A stretch of DNA of 64,000 nt from Halobacteriales archaeon QH_10_67_22. Lineage in GTDB: Archaea; Halobacteriota; Halobacteria; Halobacteriales; Haloarculaceae. Position numbers and translations under genes: made by a program. The stretch spans positions 633-64,632 of the forward strand of contig PXQN01000058.1 of NCBI GenBank assembly GCA_003021305.1, read 5' to 3'. This document shows, one piece after another, positions 1 to 9,278 of the stretch (positions are counted from its first letter, which is position 1; each line of letters opens with the position of its first letter). The notes beneath the pieces are model-generated. The model was not told where the DNA came from and did no database searches. It saw only the letters and a list, made by a program, of their open reading frames with translations.

Positions 1-1
1 A

Positions 2-94
2 ACTGCCGAAGAACGGGAGTACGCAAAAGACATCAACCAGTTAAAAGATAATATCACGATGTACCCAGGCGGTGAACTTGAAGTGGAGGACTGA
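2..94 (+). CDS. 3' end of an unidentified ORF entering from the left window edge (...NQLKDNITMYPGGELEVED*)
   Basis: Frame 2 is open from the window edge to TGA at 92-94. The region is AT-rich compared with the rest of the window. No domain is recognisable in the 30 visible codons. Confidence 0.25.
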   Translation, partial: TAEEREYAKDINQLKDNITMYPGGELEVED

Positions 95-293
95 TCAGGG
101 TTCAATACTCTACGTTTCTCTCCTTTGTCGTATCCACTCGGACACGAATAGGTCAACACGCTTTTCTCTGATCCGAGAGCGAAACGGTTTCTGCGCGCCG
201 GACGGGCGACGAGACTGTTACTTGGTTCGTGTCTGAGTGGATATTCTCCGTGCCCCACAGTCACAGACATTTCTGCGAGTATGGGGTACAAAG

Positions 294-1046
294 TTACTCG
301 TCGGGCGGGTCGGTCAGAACGACGACGAAACTGCCGTCCTCGAGGCCGACGATGCGGGCGCGGGCGTAGAAGGTGTCACCGTCGGGTTGCTCGACGACAC
401 AGCCGCCGGTCCAGCGCCAGTCGTCCCTGACGCGTTCCAGCGCCGTCGATTCGAGGCGGTCGGCCTCTGCGGACGGGAAACACGTCCGCCAGTCCCGGCC
501 CTGGAGTGTCTCCCGGTCGCGACCGACACGACGCGCGAACGAGCGGTCGACGACCGAGAACCGGCCGTCGGGGTCGACGACCGCGGCACCGCAGCGAGTC
601 TCTTCGAGCGCGGCGCCGGTCCGTCGGGCGTGTGCGGCCGCCCGGCGGTGGGCGACCAGCGCCTCGACGCGGCCGGCCAGCAGCGTCGCCGTCACGCCAG
701 CGTCGCCCTTGTGGGCGAGGTCAGTCCACTCGCTGTCGGTGACCGCATCCAGAACCCCGGCGGACGGTGACGAGGCCATCATGACGACCGGGACCGTCGG
801 GGCCTGCTCGCGAACGGTCGACAGCGCGTCGAGCGGGTCCCGCGAATCGCAATCGACCACGACGCAGTCGACGTCGTCGAGACCGTCACCGAGGTCGCCC
901 GACACGGGCCGGACGTCGAACCCGGAGTTCTCGACGAGCGCGTCCACCGCATCGTCGTCCCCGGCCGACAGGACGGAGACGTGTGACTCGGCGGAGAGGC
1001 CGTCGTCCGTGGCACTCAGTTTACTCGGTTCCATTCTGGTCATCAC
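294..1046 (-). CDS. receiver-like / PAS domain signalling protein
   Basis: 250-aa acidic ORF. The N-terminal part looks CheY-receiver-like and the C-terminal part PAS-like (AVVDPDGRFSVVDRSFARRVGRDRETLQGRDW). Last gene of a minus-strand string with the two ORFs upstream. Confidence 0.75.
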   Translation of the reverse strand: MMTRMEPSKLSATDDGLSAESHVSVLSAGDDDAVDALVENSGFDVRPVSGDLGDGLDDVDCVVVDCDSRDPLDALSTVREQAPTVPVVMMASSPSAGVLDAVTDSEWTDLAHKGDAGVTATLLAGRVEALVAHRRAAAHARRTGAALEETRCGAAVVDPDGRFSVVDRSFARRVGRDRETLQGRDWRTCFPSAEADRLESTALERVRDDWRWTGGCVVEQPDGDTFYARARIVGLEDGSFVVVLTDPPDE

Positions 1047-1059
1047 CGGTGACGGGGGA

Positions 1060-1215
1060 TCACTGCTCGATCTGTTCGGTGTAGTCTGACTGGATCCAGG
1101 CGTGTCTGTTCTCCGGGTCCGCGATCATGGCCAGTCGCGTGTCACCGACGCCGTACTCCTCGTAGGTCGCTCTGATCTCGTCGTCTTCGCTGTCGTGTGC
1201 GTGACGCGCAGTCAT
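1060..1215 (-). CDS. small conserved haloarchaeal protein, 51 aa (MTARHAHDSEDDEIRATYEEYGVGDTRLAMIADPENRHAWIQSDYTEQIEQ)
   Basis: Below the length cutoff of the ORF track. Its ATG (1213-1215) overlaps the TGA (1215-1217) of the HalOD1 gene, suggesting translational coupling. Composition is typically acidic. Confidence 0.5.
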   Translation of the reverse strand: MTARHAHDSEDDEIRATYEEYGVGDTRLAMIADPENRHAWIQSDYTEQIEQ

Positions 1216-1529
1216 CACGGCCCCCACTCGGACCGCTCGTCGGTCGACTGGGTCACGACACCGTGGCGTGACGGAGTCGCCGGACTCCCGACCGTGACCG
1301 TGCCGTCGCTGTCGACGACGACCGTGTACCCGGCGTACTCGAACTGAACGCGCGTGAGTGTGGCACTCTCGACCAGTCGTTCGAGGGCGTCGGGGTCGAC
1401 GACCTCGCTCAGCTGTGGCTCGAGTGAACGCGGGCTCGTCCCCGCCGCTGTCGCGACCGTCTCGACCACGTCGACGATGACGCCGTCCGACGAACTGTTC
1501 TGTTTCGTGGGCTCCATCATACTCTGCAT
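1215..1529 (-). CDS. HalOD1 (halobacterial output domain 1) protein
   Basis: 104 aa with the pattern VVETVATAAGTSPRSLEPQLSEVVDPDALERL...VQFEYAGYTVVVDSDGTVTV, typical of HalOD1 domains. Confidence 0.8.
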   Translation of the reverse strand: MQSMMEPTKQNSSSDGVIVDVVETVATAAGTSPRSLEPQLSEVVDPDALERLVESATLTRVQFEYAGYTVVVDSDGTVTVGSPATPSRHGVVTQSTDERSEWGP

Positions 1530-1706
1530 TGGGCCACAGACAGTATCCCTCTGATCGTTACGTGCGTTGGTAGGCGGTAAGGGTGCCCCTAATATGTATA
1601 GTGCCCTCCCGTCGGGGCCCTTCTCGTCGGAGTCCAGGCGGGTGGTTTCGGGTGAGACCAGTGTCGACAGGTACAGGTTGTTTGTTGTATAGTGGCCGGA
1701 GAACCA

Positions 1707-1716
1707 AATTTTAAAC
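1707..1716 (+). promoter_or_regulatory. TATA-like box (AATTTTAAAC) for the Bat-like regulator
   Basis: AT-rich box centred about 28 nt upstream of ATG 1740. This spacing suggests a leaderless transcript. Confidence 0.4.
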
Positions 1717-1739
1717 CGCCTCTAGGTGTTTGTAGACTA

Positions 1740-4667
1740 ATGAGTGAGTACTCGTCTCGTCCGGAGACGGTCACAGGGCAGTGGCCGCTCGACCGGAAAC
1801 AGCGCATCGTCGCGCTGGTCGCCGCCGTCGCTATCGGCGGCGTCCTCGCGGCCGTCGCGGGAACCGACCTGGCGAGTCCGGGACAGGTAGTACGGCTCGT
1901 CGGGCTGTTGTCGTTCGGTCTGGTCGGGCTCGCGACCCGTAGCGAGGCCGACGTCGAGCAACTGATAGCGGACGTCGAACGTTTCGAGGCCGGCGAAGAC
2001 GTCTCCTTCGAGACCGACCGCGACGACGAGATCGGACGGCTGTACGAGGCGGTCGGGTCGCTGGCCAGCATCGTTCGCGACAGGGAGACGCGCGACGACC
2101 GGAGCGAACGCTACCGCCAGCGCCTGTACGAGGTCACGTCCTCGCCCGACCTGTCCGACGACGAGAAACGGGAGCGCCTGCTCGAACTCGGCTGTGAGTA
2201 CCTGAACGTCGATAACGGACACGTGACACACATCGACGAGGGCGAGGCCCGCCACGAGGTCGAGGGGGCCTGGGGCTCGGACCTCGTCGAGGCGGACGCC
2301 GTCACTGACCTGTCGGAGACGTTCTGTCGGAAGACGATCGAGTCCGACGACATCCTGGGGGTCGCGGACACGCCGGCGGCCGTCGACGCGAACGACCCCC
2401 GCAACGAGTGGGGGATCGGCTGTTACATCGGCGCGAAGATAGAGACCGACGACGGGCTGTACGGGACAGTCTGTTTCGTCGACGAAGAGCCCCGCGAGCG
2501 GCCGTTCACCGCGAGCGAGAAGTCGTTCGTCGACCTGGTGGCCCGCTGGCTGGGGTACGTCACCGAGCGCCGCGAGCGCGAGCACGAACTCGAACGGACC
2601 AGACACCTGCTCGAACAGGCCCAGCGGATGACCCAGGTCGCCGGCTGGGAACTCGACGTCACCTCGGAACCGCCGGAACTGACCGTGACCGACGAGGGCT
2701 ACCGTCTCCAGGACGTCCAGCCGGACAGAGACGCCAACTTCTTACGGGCCTTAGAGCGTGTCCACCCCGAGGACCGACCCCGTGTCGAGGACGCCGTCGA
2801 CCGGGCGATCGAAGAGGGCGAACCGTTCGACGTCGAACTGCGCCTGACCACCGCCGAGGGCCGGCACCGCTGGAACCAGGTCATCGGCGAACCCGTCAGG
2901 GAGGACGGCGAGGTCGTCGCGGTCCGCGGATCCCTCCAGGACGTCACCGAGCGCAAGGAACGGGAGCTGGCGTTTGAGTCGCTCCACGAGACCGCGCGCG
3001 GACTGCTCGGGATCGAGAGCGAGCGCGACGCCGCCGACCTGGTCGTCGAGACGGCCGCGACGGTGCTCGATGCCGACTGTGTCGCCCTCTACCAGCTCGA
3101 CGGGGCGTCAAACCGGCTGACCGCGACGGCCCACTCGGCGGGCTTTGCCGACCACTACGGCGGGGTGCCCGACGTGGGCGCCGACAGCGACTCGCCGCTG
3201 TGGGACTGTTTCGTCACCGCCACGCCGACGGTGTTCGACGGGACGACCGGCGACGGGGACACGCCGCTCGGTGGCGAGCGGCCGTCCGGCGGTCTGTTCG
3301 TCCCGGTAGGCACCCACGGGGTGTTCGTCGTCGTCACGACCGACCCGCCGGTCGCCGACGACGTCCGCCAGCTGGTCGGGACGCTGGTCGCGACGGCGGC
3401 GGCCGCGTTCGACCGGATCGAGAGCGAGGCGACGCTGCGGGACCGCGAGGCCGAACTCGCGACACAGAACCGGCGGCTCGAACGCCAGATCCAGGTGACC
3501 GACCTCATCAGGCGGATCGACCGGTCGCTGGTCGAGGCGACCAGCCGCGAGGAGATAGAGCAACTGGTCTGTGAGCGACTCGTCGAGGCCGGCGACGCGA
3601 CGTTCGCCTGGGTCGGCGGGCTCGACGCGGCGAGCGACGACCTCGAACCCCGCGCCTGGGCCGGAGCCGGCGAGGAGTATCTCGACACGGTGACGGGCGC
3701 GGCCGCCGAGGGGACCGAACCGGCGGCCGCGGCCGCCGCCACCGGCGAGGTCACCGTCGTCGCCAACGCCGCCGACCGCCTCCACGAGGAGCCGTGGGCC
3801 GAACTCGCACTGGCCCGCGATTTCAGTTCCGTCGTCGCGGTGCCGCTGTCGTTCGACGACTACTCCTACGGCGTGCTCGCCGTCTACGCCGACGAGCCCG
3901 ACGCGTTCACCGAACGCAAGCGGGCCGTGTTCGGCGAACTCGGGGAGAACGTCGCAAACTCCATCAACGCCGTCGAGACCCAGCGGGCGCTGTACGCCGA
4001 CACGCTGGTCGAACTAACACTAGGAATCGACGACGCCGACACGTTCCTGGCCCGCATCGCACGCAAGGCGTCCTGTGACGTGACCTACGAGGGGCTGGCC
4101 ACCCGGGGGACCGACGAAACGCGGCTGTTCTTCACGGCCGAGACCGGCGACGCCGACGCCGTGGCGGCGACCCTCGACGACCTGGTCGTCGTCACCGACT
4201 ACCGCCTCGTCGCCGAGTCCGAGAGCGAGTGTCGGTTCGAGGCGACGGTCGCCGAGGAGACGGTCGCCGCAGTGCTCGTGGGCCACGGCGGGAGCCCGCG
4301 GTCGATCCGTGCCGACGTGGACGGCCTCACCATCGTCGTCGACCTCCCGCCGACCACGGACGTCCGGACGTTCGTAGAGATGCTCACCGGGCGCTACCGC
4401 GGCGTCATCCTCGAGAGCCGGCGGGACGTCGAACGTGCCACACAGGCCCGGAGCGAACTCGTCTCGTCGCTGCTGGACGAGCTCACCGAGCGCCAGCTCG
4501 AAGTGTTGCGGACGGCCTACTTCGCGGGCTTTTTCGAGTGGCCACGCGACTCGACCGGCGAGGACGTCGCCGAGATGCTCGGCGTCACCCAGCCGACGGT
4601 CAACCGCCACCTCCGGCTCGGCCAGGGGAAACTCCTCGCACAGCTGTTCGAGGGCGGGGCGCCCTGA
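1740..4667 (+). CDS. Bat-type transcription regulator: membrane anchor/HAMP-like, GAF, PAS, GAF and C-terminal HTH-10 domains
   Basis: ORF 1692-4667; ATG 1740 (MSEYSS) fits the TATA spacing. The N-terminus is hydrophobic. The C-terminus (LTERQLEVLRTAYFAGFFEWPRDSTGEDVAEMLGVTQPTVNRHLR) is the Bat/HTH_10 signature. Confidence 0.9.
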   Translation: MSEYSSRPETVTGQWPLDRKQRIVALVAAVAIGGVLAAVAGTDLASPGQVVRLVGLLSFGLVGLATRSEADVEQLIADVERFEAGEDVSFETDRDDEIGRLYEAVGSLASIVRDRETRDDRSERYRQRLYEVTSSPDLSDDEKRERLLELGCEYLNVDNGHVTHIDEGEARHEVEGAWGSDLVEADAVTDLSETFCRKTIESDDILGVADTPAAVDANDPRNEWGIGCYIGAKIETDDGLYGTVCFVDEEPRERPFTASEKSFVDLVARWLGYVTERREREHELERTRHLLEQAQRMTQVAGWELDVTSEPPELTVTDEGYRLQDVQPDRDANFLRALERVHPEDRPRVEDAVDRAIEEGEPFDVELRLTTAEGRHRWNQVIGEPVREDGEVVAVRGSLQDVTERKERELAFESLHETARGLLGIESERDAADLVVETAATVLDADCVALYQLDGASNRLTATAHSAGFADHYGGVPDVGADSDSPLWDCFVTATPTVFDGTTGDGDTPLGGERPSGGLFVPVGTHGVFVVVTTDPPVADDVRQLVGTLVATAAAAFDRIESEATLRDREAELATQNRRLERQIQVTDLIRRIDRSLVEATSREEIEQLVCERLVEAGDATFAWVGGLDAASDDLEPRAWAGAGEEYLDTVTGAAAEGTEPAAAAAATGEVTVVANAADRLHEEPWAELALARDFSSVVAVPLSFDDYSYGVLAVYADEPDAFTERKRAVFGELGENVANSINAVETQRALYADTLVELTLGIDDADTFLARIARKASCDVTYEGLATRGTDETRLFFTAETGDADAVAATLDDLVVVTDYRLVAESESECRFEATVAEETVAAVLVGHGGSPRSIRADVDGLTIVVDLPPTTDVRTFVEMLTGRYRGVILESRRDVERATQARSELVSSLLDELTERQLEVLRTAYFAGFFEWPRDSTGEDVAEMLGVTQPTVNRHLRLGQGKLLAQLFEGGAP

Positions 4668-4798
4668 CCACCGTGGGACCCCGCGGGTTACCCACTGACG
4701 CCAGGAGTCCACAGTCCGCCGGCGGCCGAGACGGTGGACCGTGTCACCGGCTCCCAGCCCACCCGAACAGTCTTTCCGTCCCCACCCGACCAGCGAGT

Positions 4799-5617
4799 AT
4801 GACCGAGGAGCACACGCCCGGATCGGCCGGCGACCCGACGAACGCGTGGGACGCCGACGACTACGACACCGACACCGGCTTCGTCGCCGCCTACGGCGAG
4901 TCGGTGGTCGACCTGCTCGACCCCCAACCGGGCGAGCGGGTGCTCGACCTCGGGTCGGGGACGGGCCATCTCACCGCCGAGATCGCCGACGCAGTCGGCC
5001 CCGACGGCGCCGTCGTCGGCGTCGACAGTGCCCCGGAGATGGTCGCGGCGGCCCGGGAGTCCTACCCCGGTGTCGAGTTCGTCCACGCCGACGCCCGTGC
5101 ACTCACCGCCGCGGACCTGCCGGTCGGGTCGGTCGACGCCGTCTTCTCGAACGCGGCGCTACACTGGATCCCGGGCGCGGACCAGGCTGCGGTCGCCCGA
5201 CGGGTCGCCGACGTCCTCGACCCCGGCGGGCGCTTCGTCGCGGAACTCGGCGGCACGGGCAACGTGTCGGCCATCGTCGACGCCACGAAAGCGCCACTCC
5301 GCGAGCGCGGGTACGACCGCGATCCGAACTGGTACTTCCCGACGGTCGGCGAGCACGCGACGGTGCTCGAACGGACGGGGTTCGAGGTGAGCATGGCCCG
5401 CCTGTTCGACCGCCCGACCGAACTGGACGGCGAATCAGGCCTGCGCGACTGGCTCGACGTCTTCGGGGACTCGCTGTTCGCCGGCCTCGACGAGGCCGAA
5501 CGCGAGGCCGTCGTCAGCGCCGTCGAGGACCGCTTGCGCGACCGGCTGTACGACCCCGGGACCGAGACCTGGACCGCCGACTACCGGCGCCTCCGGTTCC
5601 GCGCGGTCCGGGAGTGA
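4799..5617 (+). CDS. class I SAM-dependent methyltransferase (Tam-like)
   Basis: Motif I VLDLGSGTGHLT and VFSNAALHWI. The start was taken at MTEEHTPG; the upstream 190 codons of ORF 4229-5617 are Arg/Pro-rich GC artefact. Confidence 0.85.
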   Translation: MTEEHTPGSAGDPTNAWDADDYDTDTGFVAAYGESVVDLLDPQPGERVLDLGSGTGHLTAEIADAVGPDGAVVGVDSAPEMVAAARESYPGVEFVHADARALTAADLPVGSVDAVFSNAALHWIPGADQAAVARRVADVLDPGGRFVAELGGTGNVSAIVDATKAPLRERGYDRDPNWYFPTVGEHATVLERTGFEVSMARLFDRPTELDGESGLRDWLDVFGDSLFAGLDEAEREAVVSAVEDRLRDRLYDPGTETWTADYRRLRFRAVRE

Positions 5618-5835
5618 CCGGTACGAACCGCTCGCGTCGGCCCGACAGACCACACCACGCCGGCCGCCCCGGGAATTACAGCATCTGATAATAGAGCCCA
5701 AAACTGTTCTACGGTGGCGGCCCCAGACGAAACACGATACCGAGTGCTGAGTGTCGGTCTGACGGTGGACGCCCCCTCTACGGCAAGCGGCGTCGTCGCT
5801 GTCGGGCGACACAGCAGTGTCGGGAACGAGTAGGA

Positions 5836-7308
5836 ATGACAGTGCGCTCGGCGGATCTGATCGGTGTGCTGTACGTCGTCGGCGAGCAGGGGACGGATAT
5901 CGCCCTCCGGAACCTGGAGCGCACGCACGACCAGTTTACGGTGTCCGTGGCCGACGGGGGCGGGACGGTCGGTGCGAGCGACGCCGACTGTCTGCTAGTC
6001 GACGGGCCAGGATTCGACGGGTCGCTCGAGGGGGTTCTCGACGGTGTCCCGTCACACCTGCCGGTCGTACTGGTCGTCGGCGAGGACGACGACGTGCCGA
6101 CGGACGAGTCCGGGTCGGTACTGGCGACAGAGTTCATCCGGCGTCGGGACGCGGCCGAGGCCGCCCGGCTCGCCACCAGAGTTCGGTCGGCCGTCGCTCG
6201 TTCGGGGCTGGACCAGCGGGACCGACAGCAGATCCTCCGGGAACTGCACGACGTCGCGACCGAACTCCCCGAATACGACAGCGTCGAGGCGGTCTGTGAG
6301 CGGACGGTCGAGGCGGCCGAGACGGTGCTGGAGTTCGACAACTGCGTGATCACCCTCGCGGAAGGCGACCGGATGCGACTGGTCGCTCTCTCCGACGAGT
6401 TCCCGGGCCGGGACTTCGACTCGCTCCCGATCGACGACAGCTACGCCGGATACATCTACCGGACCGGAGGGTCGATCATCGCAGACGACATCAGCAACTT
6501 TCAGAAGGCGAACCCGCAGGGACCGTACAGGAGCGGGATGAGCATCGCACTGGGCGACCACGGGACCTGCCAGATGATCTCGGAGCGGGTAGGCGCTTTC
6601 GACGAGGGGGACAAGGAGCTCGCGGAACTGCTCGTGGCCCACACCGAATCGGCGCTGGACCGGCTGACGCGGGAGACGGAACTCAGAGCGCAAAACGAGC
6701 GTCTCGAGGAGTTCGCCAACGTCCTCACCCACGACCTCCGGAACCCGCTCAACGTCGCCCGCGGGCGGGTCGACCTCGCCTACGAGACCGGCGACACTGA
6801 CCAGTTAGCGGTCGCGCTCGACGCGTTAGACTGGATGGAGACGCTGATCGACAACCTGCTCACGCTGGCCTGCGACGGCGAGGACCTCGGGGAGAGACAG
6901 GAGGTGTCGCTCGAGACGGTCGCACGCGCCTGCTGGCGGACCGTCGAGACGGAAGCGGCGACGCTCGAAACGGGCCGGGACGTGACACTCCGGGCCGACC
7001 GGTCCAGGCTCCAGCAGTTGCTCGCGAACCTCACCCGGAACGCGATCGACCACGCCGGTGACGACGTGGACATCGAGATCGGTGGACTCGACGACGGCTT
7101 CTACGTCGCCGACGACGGACCGGGGATTCCGCCAGCGGAGCGAGACAGCGTCTTCGAGGTCGGACACTCGACCGGCCGAGGCGGGACCGGGTTCGGACTC
7201 GCGATCGTCGAACGCATCGCCGACGCCCACGGCTGGGCTATCGACGTGGACGAGAGCGAGCCCGGCGGCGCACGCTTCGTGGTCTCCGGCGTCGATGTCG
7301 TGGCCTGA
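5836..7308 (+). CDS. sensor histidine kinase (receiver-like N-terminus, GAF, HisKA, HATPase_c)
   Basis: H-box FANVLTHDLRNPLNV, N-box LTRNAIDH, G-boxes DDGPGIP and GTGFGLAIV. Confidence 0.9.
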   Translation: MTVRSADLIGVLYVVGEQGTDIALRNLERTHDQFTVSVADGGGTVGASDADCLLVDGPGFDGSLEGVLDGVPSHLPVVLVVGEDDDVPTDESGSVLATEFIRRRDAAEAARLATRVRSAVARSGLDQRDRQQILRELHDVATELPEYDSVEAVCERTVEAAETVLEFDNCVITLAEGDRMRLVALSDEFPGRDFDSLPIDDSYAGYIYRTGGSIIADDISNFQKANPQGPYRSGMSIALGDHGTCQMISERVGAFDEGDKELAELLVAHTESALDRLTRETELRAQNERLEEFANVLTHDLRNPLNVARGRVDLAYETGDTDQLAVALDALDWMETLIDNLLTLACDGEDLGERQEVSLETVARACWRTVETEAATLETGRDVTLRADRSRLQQLLANLTRNAIDHAGDDVDIEIGGLDDGFYVADDGPGIPPAERDSVFEVGHSTGRGGTGFGLAIVERIADAHGWAIDVDESEPGGARFVVSGVDVVA

Positions 7309-7418
7309 TACTGTCGGACACAAGTACGTGAACACACTCGTCGGTGTGTCACCATCGAGACGTCTCGGAGACCGCCAAACGAAGTATCGAGTGTCGACTT
7401 GCTTGTGTCCGACAGTAT
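7308..7418. mobile_element. MITE-like element, family A, copy A1 (111 bp, perfect 17-bp TIR ATACTGTCGGACACAAG)
   Basis: TIRs at 7308-7324 and 7402-7418, with a central palindrome CGAGACGTCTCG. About 95% identical (reverse orientation) to 27684-27793. The first base is the A of the kinase stop codon TGA. Confidence 0.8.
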
Positions 7419-7535
7419 GAGCCCGCGGATAGGGGAGGCGTCGTGGTGGCGACGTCGCGACCCGGGTGAGTGACCCGGGACGATCCACACAGGGCGTCCA
7501 CAGGGTTTTAGCGGCCGAGTGTGGAACTGCAAGCG

Positions 7536-8060
7536 ATGGCCAACTCCAACGAGAAAGGGGACCGCCGCGAGCGCGAACTCGTCAACGAACTCGACGGGGC
7601 GGGCTTTGCGGTGATGCGCGCACCGGCCAGCGGGAGCGCCACCGAGCGGGAACTCCCGGACGTGCTCGCGGGCGACGGCGATGACTTCTACGCCATCGAG
7701 GCCAAGTCCTCCTCGGGCGCGCCGATCTATCTGGACGGCGAGGAGGTCGAGGCGCTGCTGTTTTTCGCGCGCAACTTCGGCGCGAAACCCCGCATCGGCG
7801 TCCGGTTCGACCGCGAGGACTGGTACTTCTTCCACCCTGGCGACGACGCCGTCCACGTCACCGACGGCGGGAACTACCGCGTCAAGAAAGAGACCGCGCT
7901 GGCCGACGGCGTCGACTTCGACGAACTCGTCGGCCACTCCGAGAAGGTCACGCTCGACGAAGTCGGTGAGTCGGGGCCCGACCAGGCGACGCTGGACGTC
8001 CTCGGCGCGCTCGAACGGGGCGACCTCACGAGAGAAGAGGCCGCCGAGATGCTCGATTAG
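7536..8060 (+). CDS. hjc: Holliday junction resolvase Hjc
   Basis: [26 protein letters not shown]...[18 protein letters not shown] matches the archaeal Hjc catalytic core. A TATA-like GGTTTTAG lies about 27 nt upstream of ATG 7536. Confidence 0.85.
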   Translation: MANSNEKGDRRERELVNELDGAGFAVMRAPASGSATERELPDVLAGDGDDFYAIEAKSSSGAPIYLDGEEVEALLFFARNFGAKPRIGVRFDREDWYFFHPGDDAVHVTDGGNYRVKKETALADGVDFDELVGHSEKVTLDEVGESGPDQATLDVLGALERGDLTREEAAEMLD

Positions 8061-8710
8061 ACGTTCGGGTCCGGCACGTCCAGGATCTGCGCGTTGTCGA
8101 CCCGTGCCAGTCGCGAGCGGGGAAACGAGTACCGGCGCGGGTTCTCGGCGGCGTACTCGCCGAGGTAGGTCGCCTCGACGACGGGGTCGTCCCGGGGGTA
8201 GGCCGCGTTGGTGTCGTAGGCGGCCACGAGTCGGTTGTCGGGGCCGACGCGGACCTCGTCGGCGCGGCGGTCGCTCACGCCCGCGACGACGAGTCGCTTC
8301 CCGCTCTCGCGGTCCCGGACGACGTCGCCCGGGCCGAGGTGACAGTCCGGACAGAGCGCGGGGACCGCATTCGTGGGGACGAACGTCTCGGCGCCACAGG
8401 CCCGACACGTCGCGCGGCGCTCGCCGGGCGGCGGGACCCGGCCCGTCGAGATCTCGATGGCGACCCGCCGGAGGTGTTTGCACCGCTCGCCCCGGATCGC
8501 GTGGTCGGGACAGGTACACGACCGGTTCTCCGGGTCGACGACGTAGGTGGCGCCGCTCTCGCTGTCGACGGCGTACCGGCCGTCGCCGAGCGGGCGGACG
8601 GCCATGCGCTCGGTCCAGGCCCGGGCCGCGCGCTCGTCCATACGCCGGACGTCCGGTGCGAGTGCGGTCCGCTGGGTCGGTGTGGGGTGTCGTGAATTAG
8701 CCATAGGCAT
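8057..8710 (-). CDS. SWIM zinc-finger protein
   Basis: [23 protein letters not shown] motif plus a second CxxC...CxxC pair. The start is uncertain (alternative ATG with top coordinate 8641). Confidence 0.75.
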   Translation of the reverse strand: MPMANSRHPTPTQRTALAPDVRRMDERAARAWTERMAVRPLGDGRYAVDSESGATYVVDPENRSCTCPDHAIRGERCKHLRRVAIEISTGRVPPPGERRATCRACGAETFVPTNAVPALCPDCHLGPGDVVRDRESGKRLVVAGVSDRRADEVRVGPDNRLVAAYDTNAAYPRDDPVVEATYLGEYAAENPRRYSFPRSRLARVDNAQILDVPDPNV

Positions 8711-8923
8711 TCGGACGCGTCTGTTTTTCCCGCTGCGTCCACACGAAACGTAGGTGCTGGACGACCCTAAACCCGTCGCCAGTGTCGGGAGCGGGGTAGT
8801 CTCGCAGGGGCGAGCCGGACGGTTCGGAAGAACACGAACGGGGACGGCCGGTCGGGAACCGTCCGTTTCGGGGCTGGTGGGTGCTTCGAAGCCCTTTTGA
8901 CCGGGCCGGAGGAACGGAGCGGC

Positions 8924-9172
8924 ATGGACGTAGACCGGAAGACGGTCGTCGAACTGGCCGTCTCGGCGTTCATCATCGTCGCGTTCACTGCCGGGGTGTT
9001 CTTCGTGAGTCGGGTCTACGCAGACCCGGACAACGCGACGACCAACTCGTCGATACCGCCGTCGATCCTGCCCGACGGAGGTCTCGCGCTCGTGGGGACG
9101 ATCGGCGTGTTCGTCCTGCTGGTCGCCGGCATCGGGCTGTTCATGTACAGCCAGGACTTCGACGAGGACTAA
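8924..9172 (+). CDS. small two-TM membrane protein
   Basis: MDVDRKTVVELAVSAFIIVAFTAGVFFV...LALVGTIGVFVLLVAGIGLFMY. TATA-like CCTTTTGA lies about 27 nt upstream of ATG 8924. Confidence 0.6.
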   Translation: MDVDRKTVVELAVSAFIIVAFTAGVFFVSRVYADPDNATTNSSIPPSILPDGGLALVGTIGVFVLLVAGIGLFMYSQDFDED

Positions 9173-9253
9173 TAGTGATTATTGTCGGTCTGTTCCGGAT
9201 CGACCGCACGCAATCGTGCGGTCGTACCGGTAAATCGCTACAATAATCACTAT
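9172..9253. mobile_element. MITE-like element, family B, copy B1 (82 bp, 14-bp TIR ATAGTGATTATTGT)
   Basis: Perfect TIRs at both ends and an internal hairpin CGACCGCACG-CAAT-CGTGCGGTCG. It begins at the last base of stop codon TAA 9170-9172. One mismatch to copy B2 (reverse orientation). Confidence 0.8.
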
Positions 9254-9278
9254 AAGTCGGTCCCGGAGAGTCGTCGGG

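Noticed and set aside
95-293. AT-rich spacer at the left edge as a possible IS or MITE end
   Set aside because: No inverted repeats and no similarity to families A, B or C are visible. There is too little context at the window edge.
4229-4798. Upstream extension of the methyltransferase ORF (462-aa version)
   Set aside because: It overlaps the 3' end of the Bat-like gene in another frame and is Arg/Pro-rich. The homology begins at MTEEHTPG.
7101-8519. 472-aa minus-strand ORF spanning the kinase 3' end, MITE A1, hjc and the SWIM gene
   Set aside because: It has Arg/Pro/Gly-rich composition and runs antisense or out of frame to well-supported genes. This is a typical long spurious ORF in ~67% GC DNA. 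The same reasoning applies to 11346-12713, 11408-13057, 13883-15484, 18606-20009, 28640-30793, 36614-38029, 39487-40701, 50519-52108, 55875-57371 and similar ORFs.
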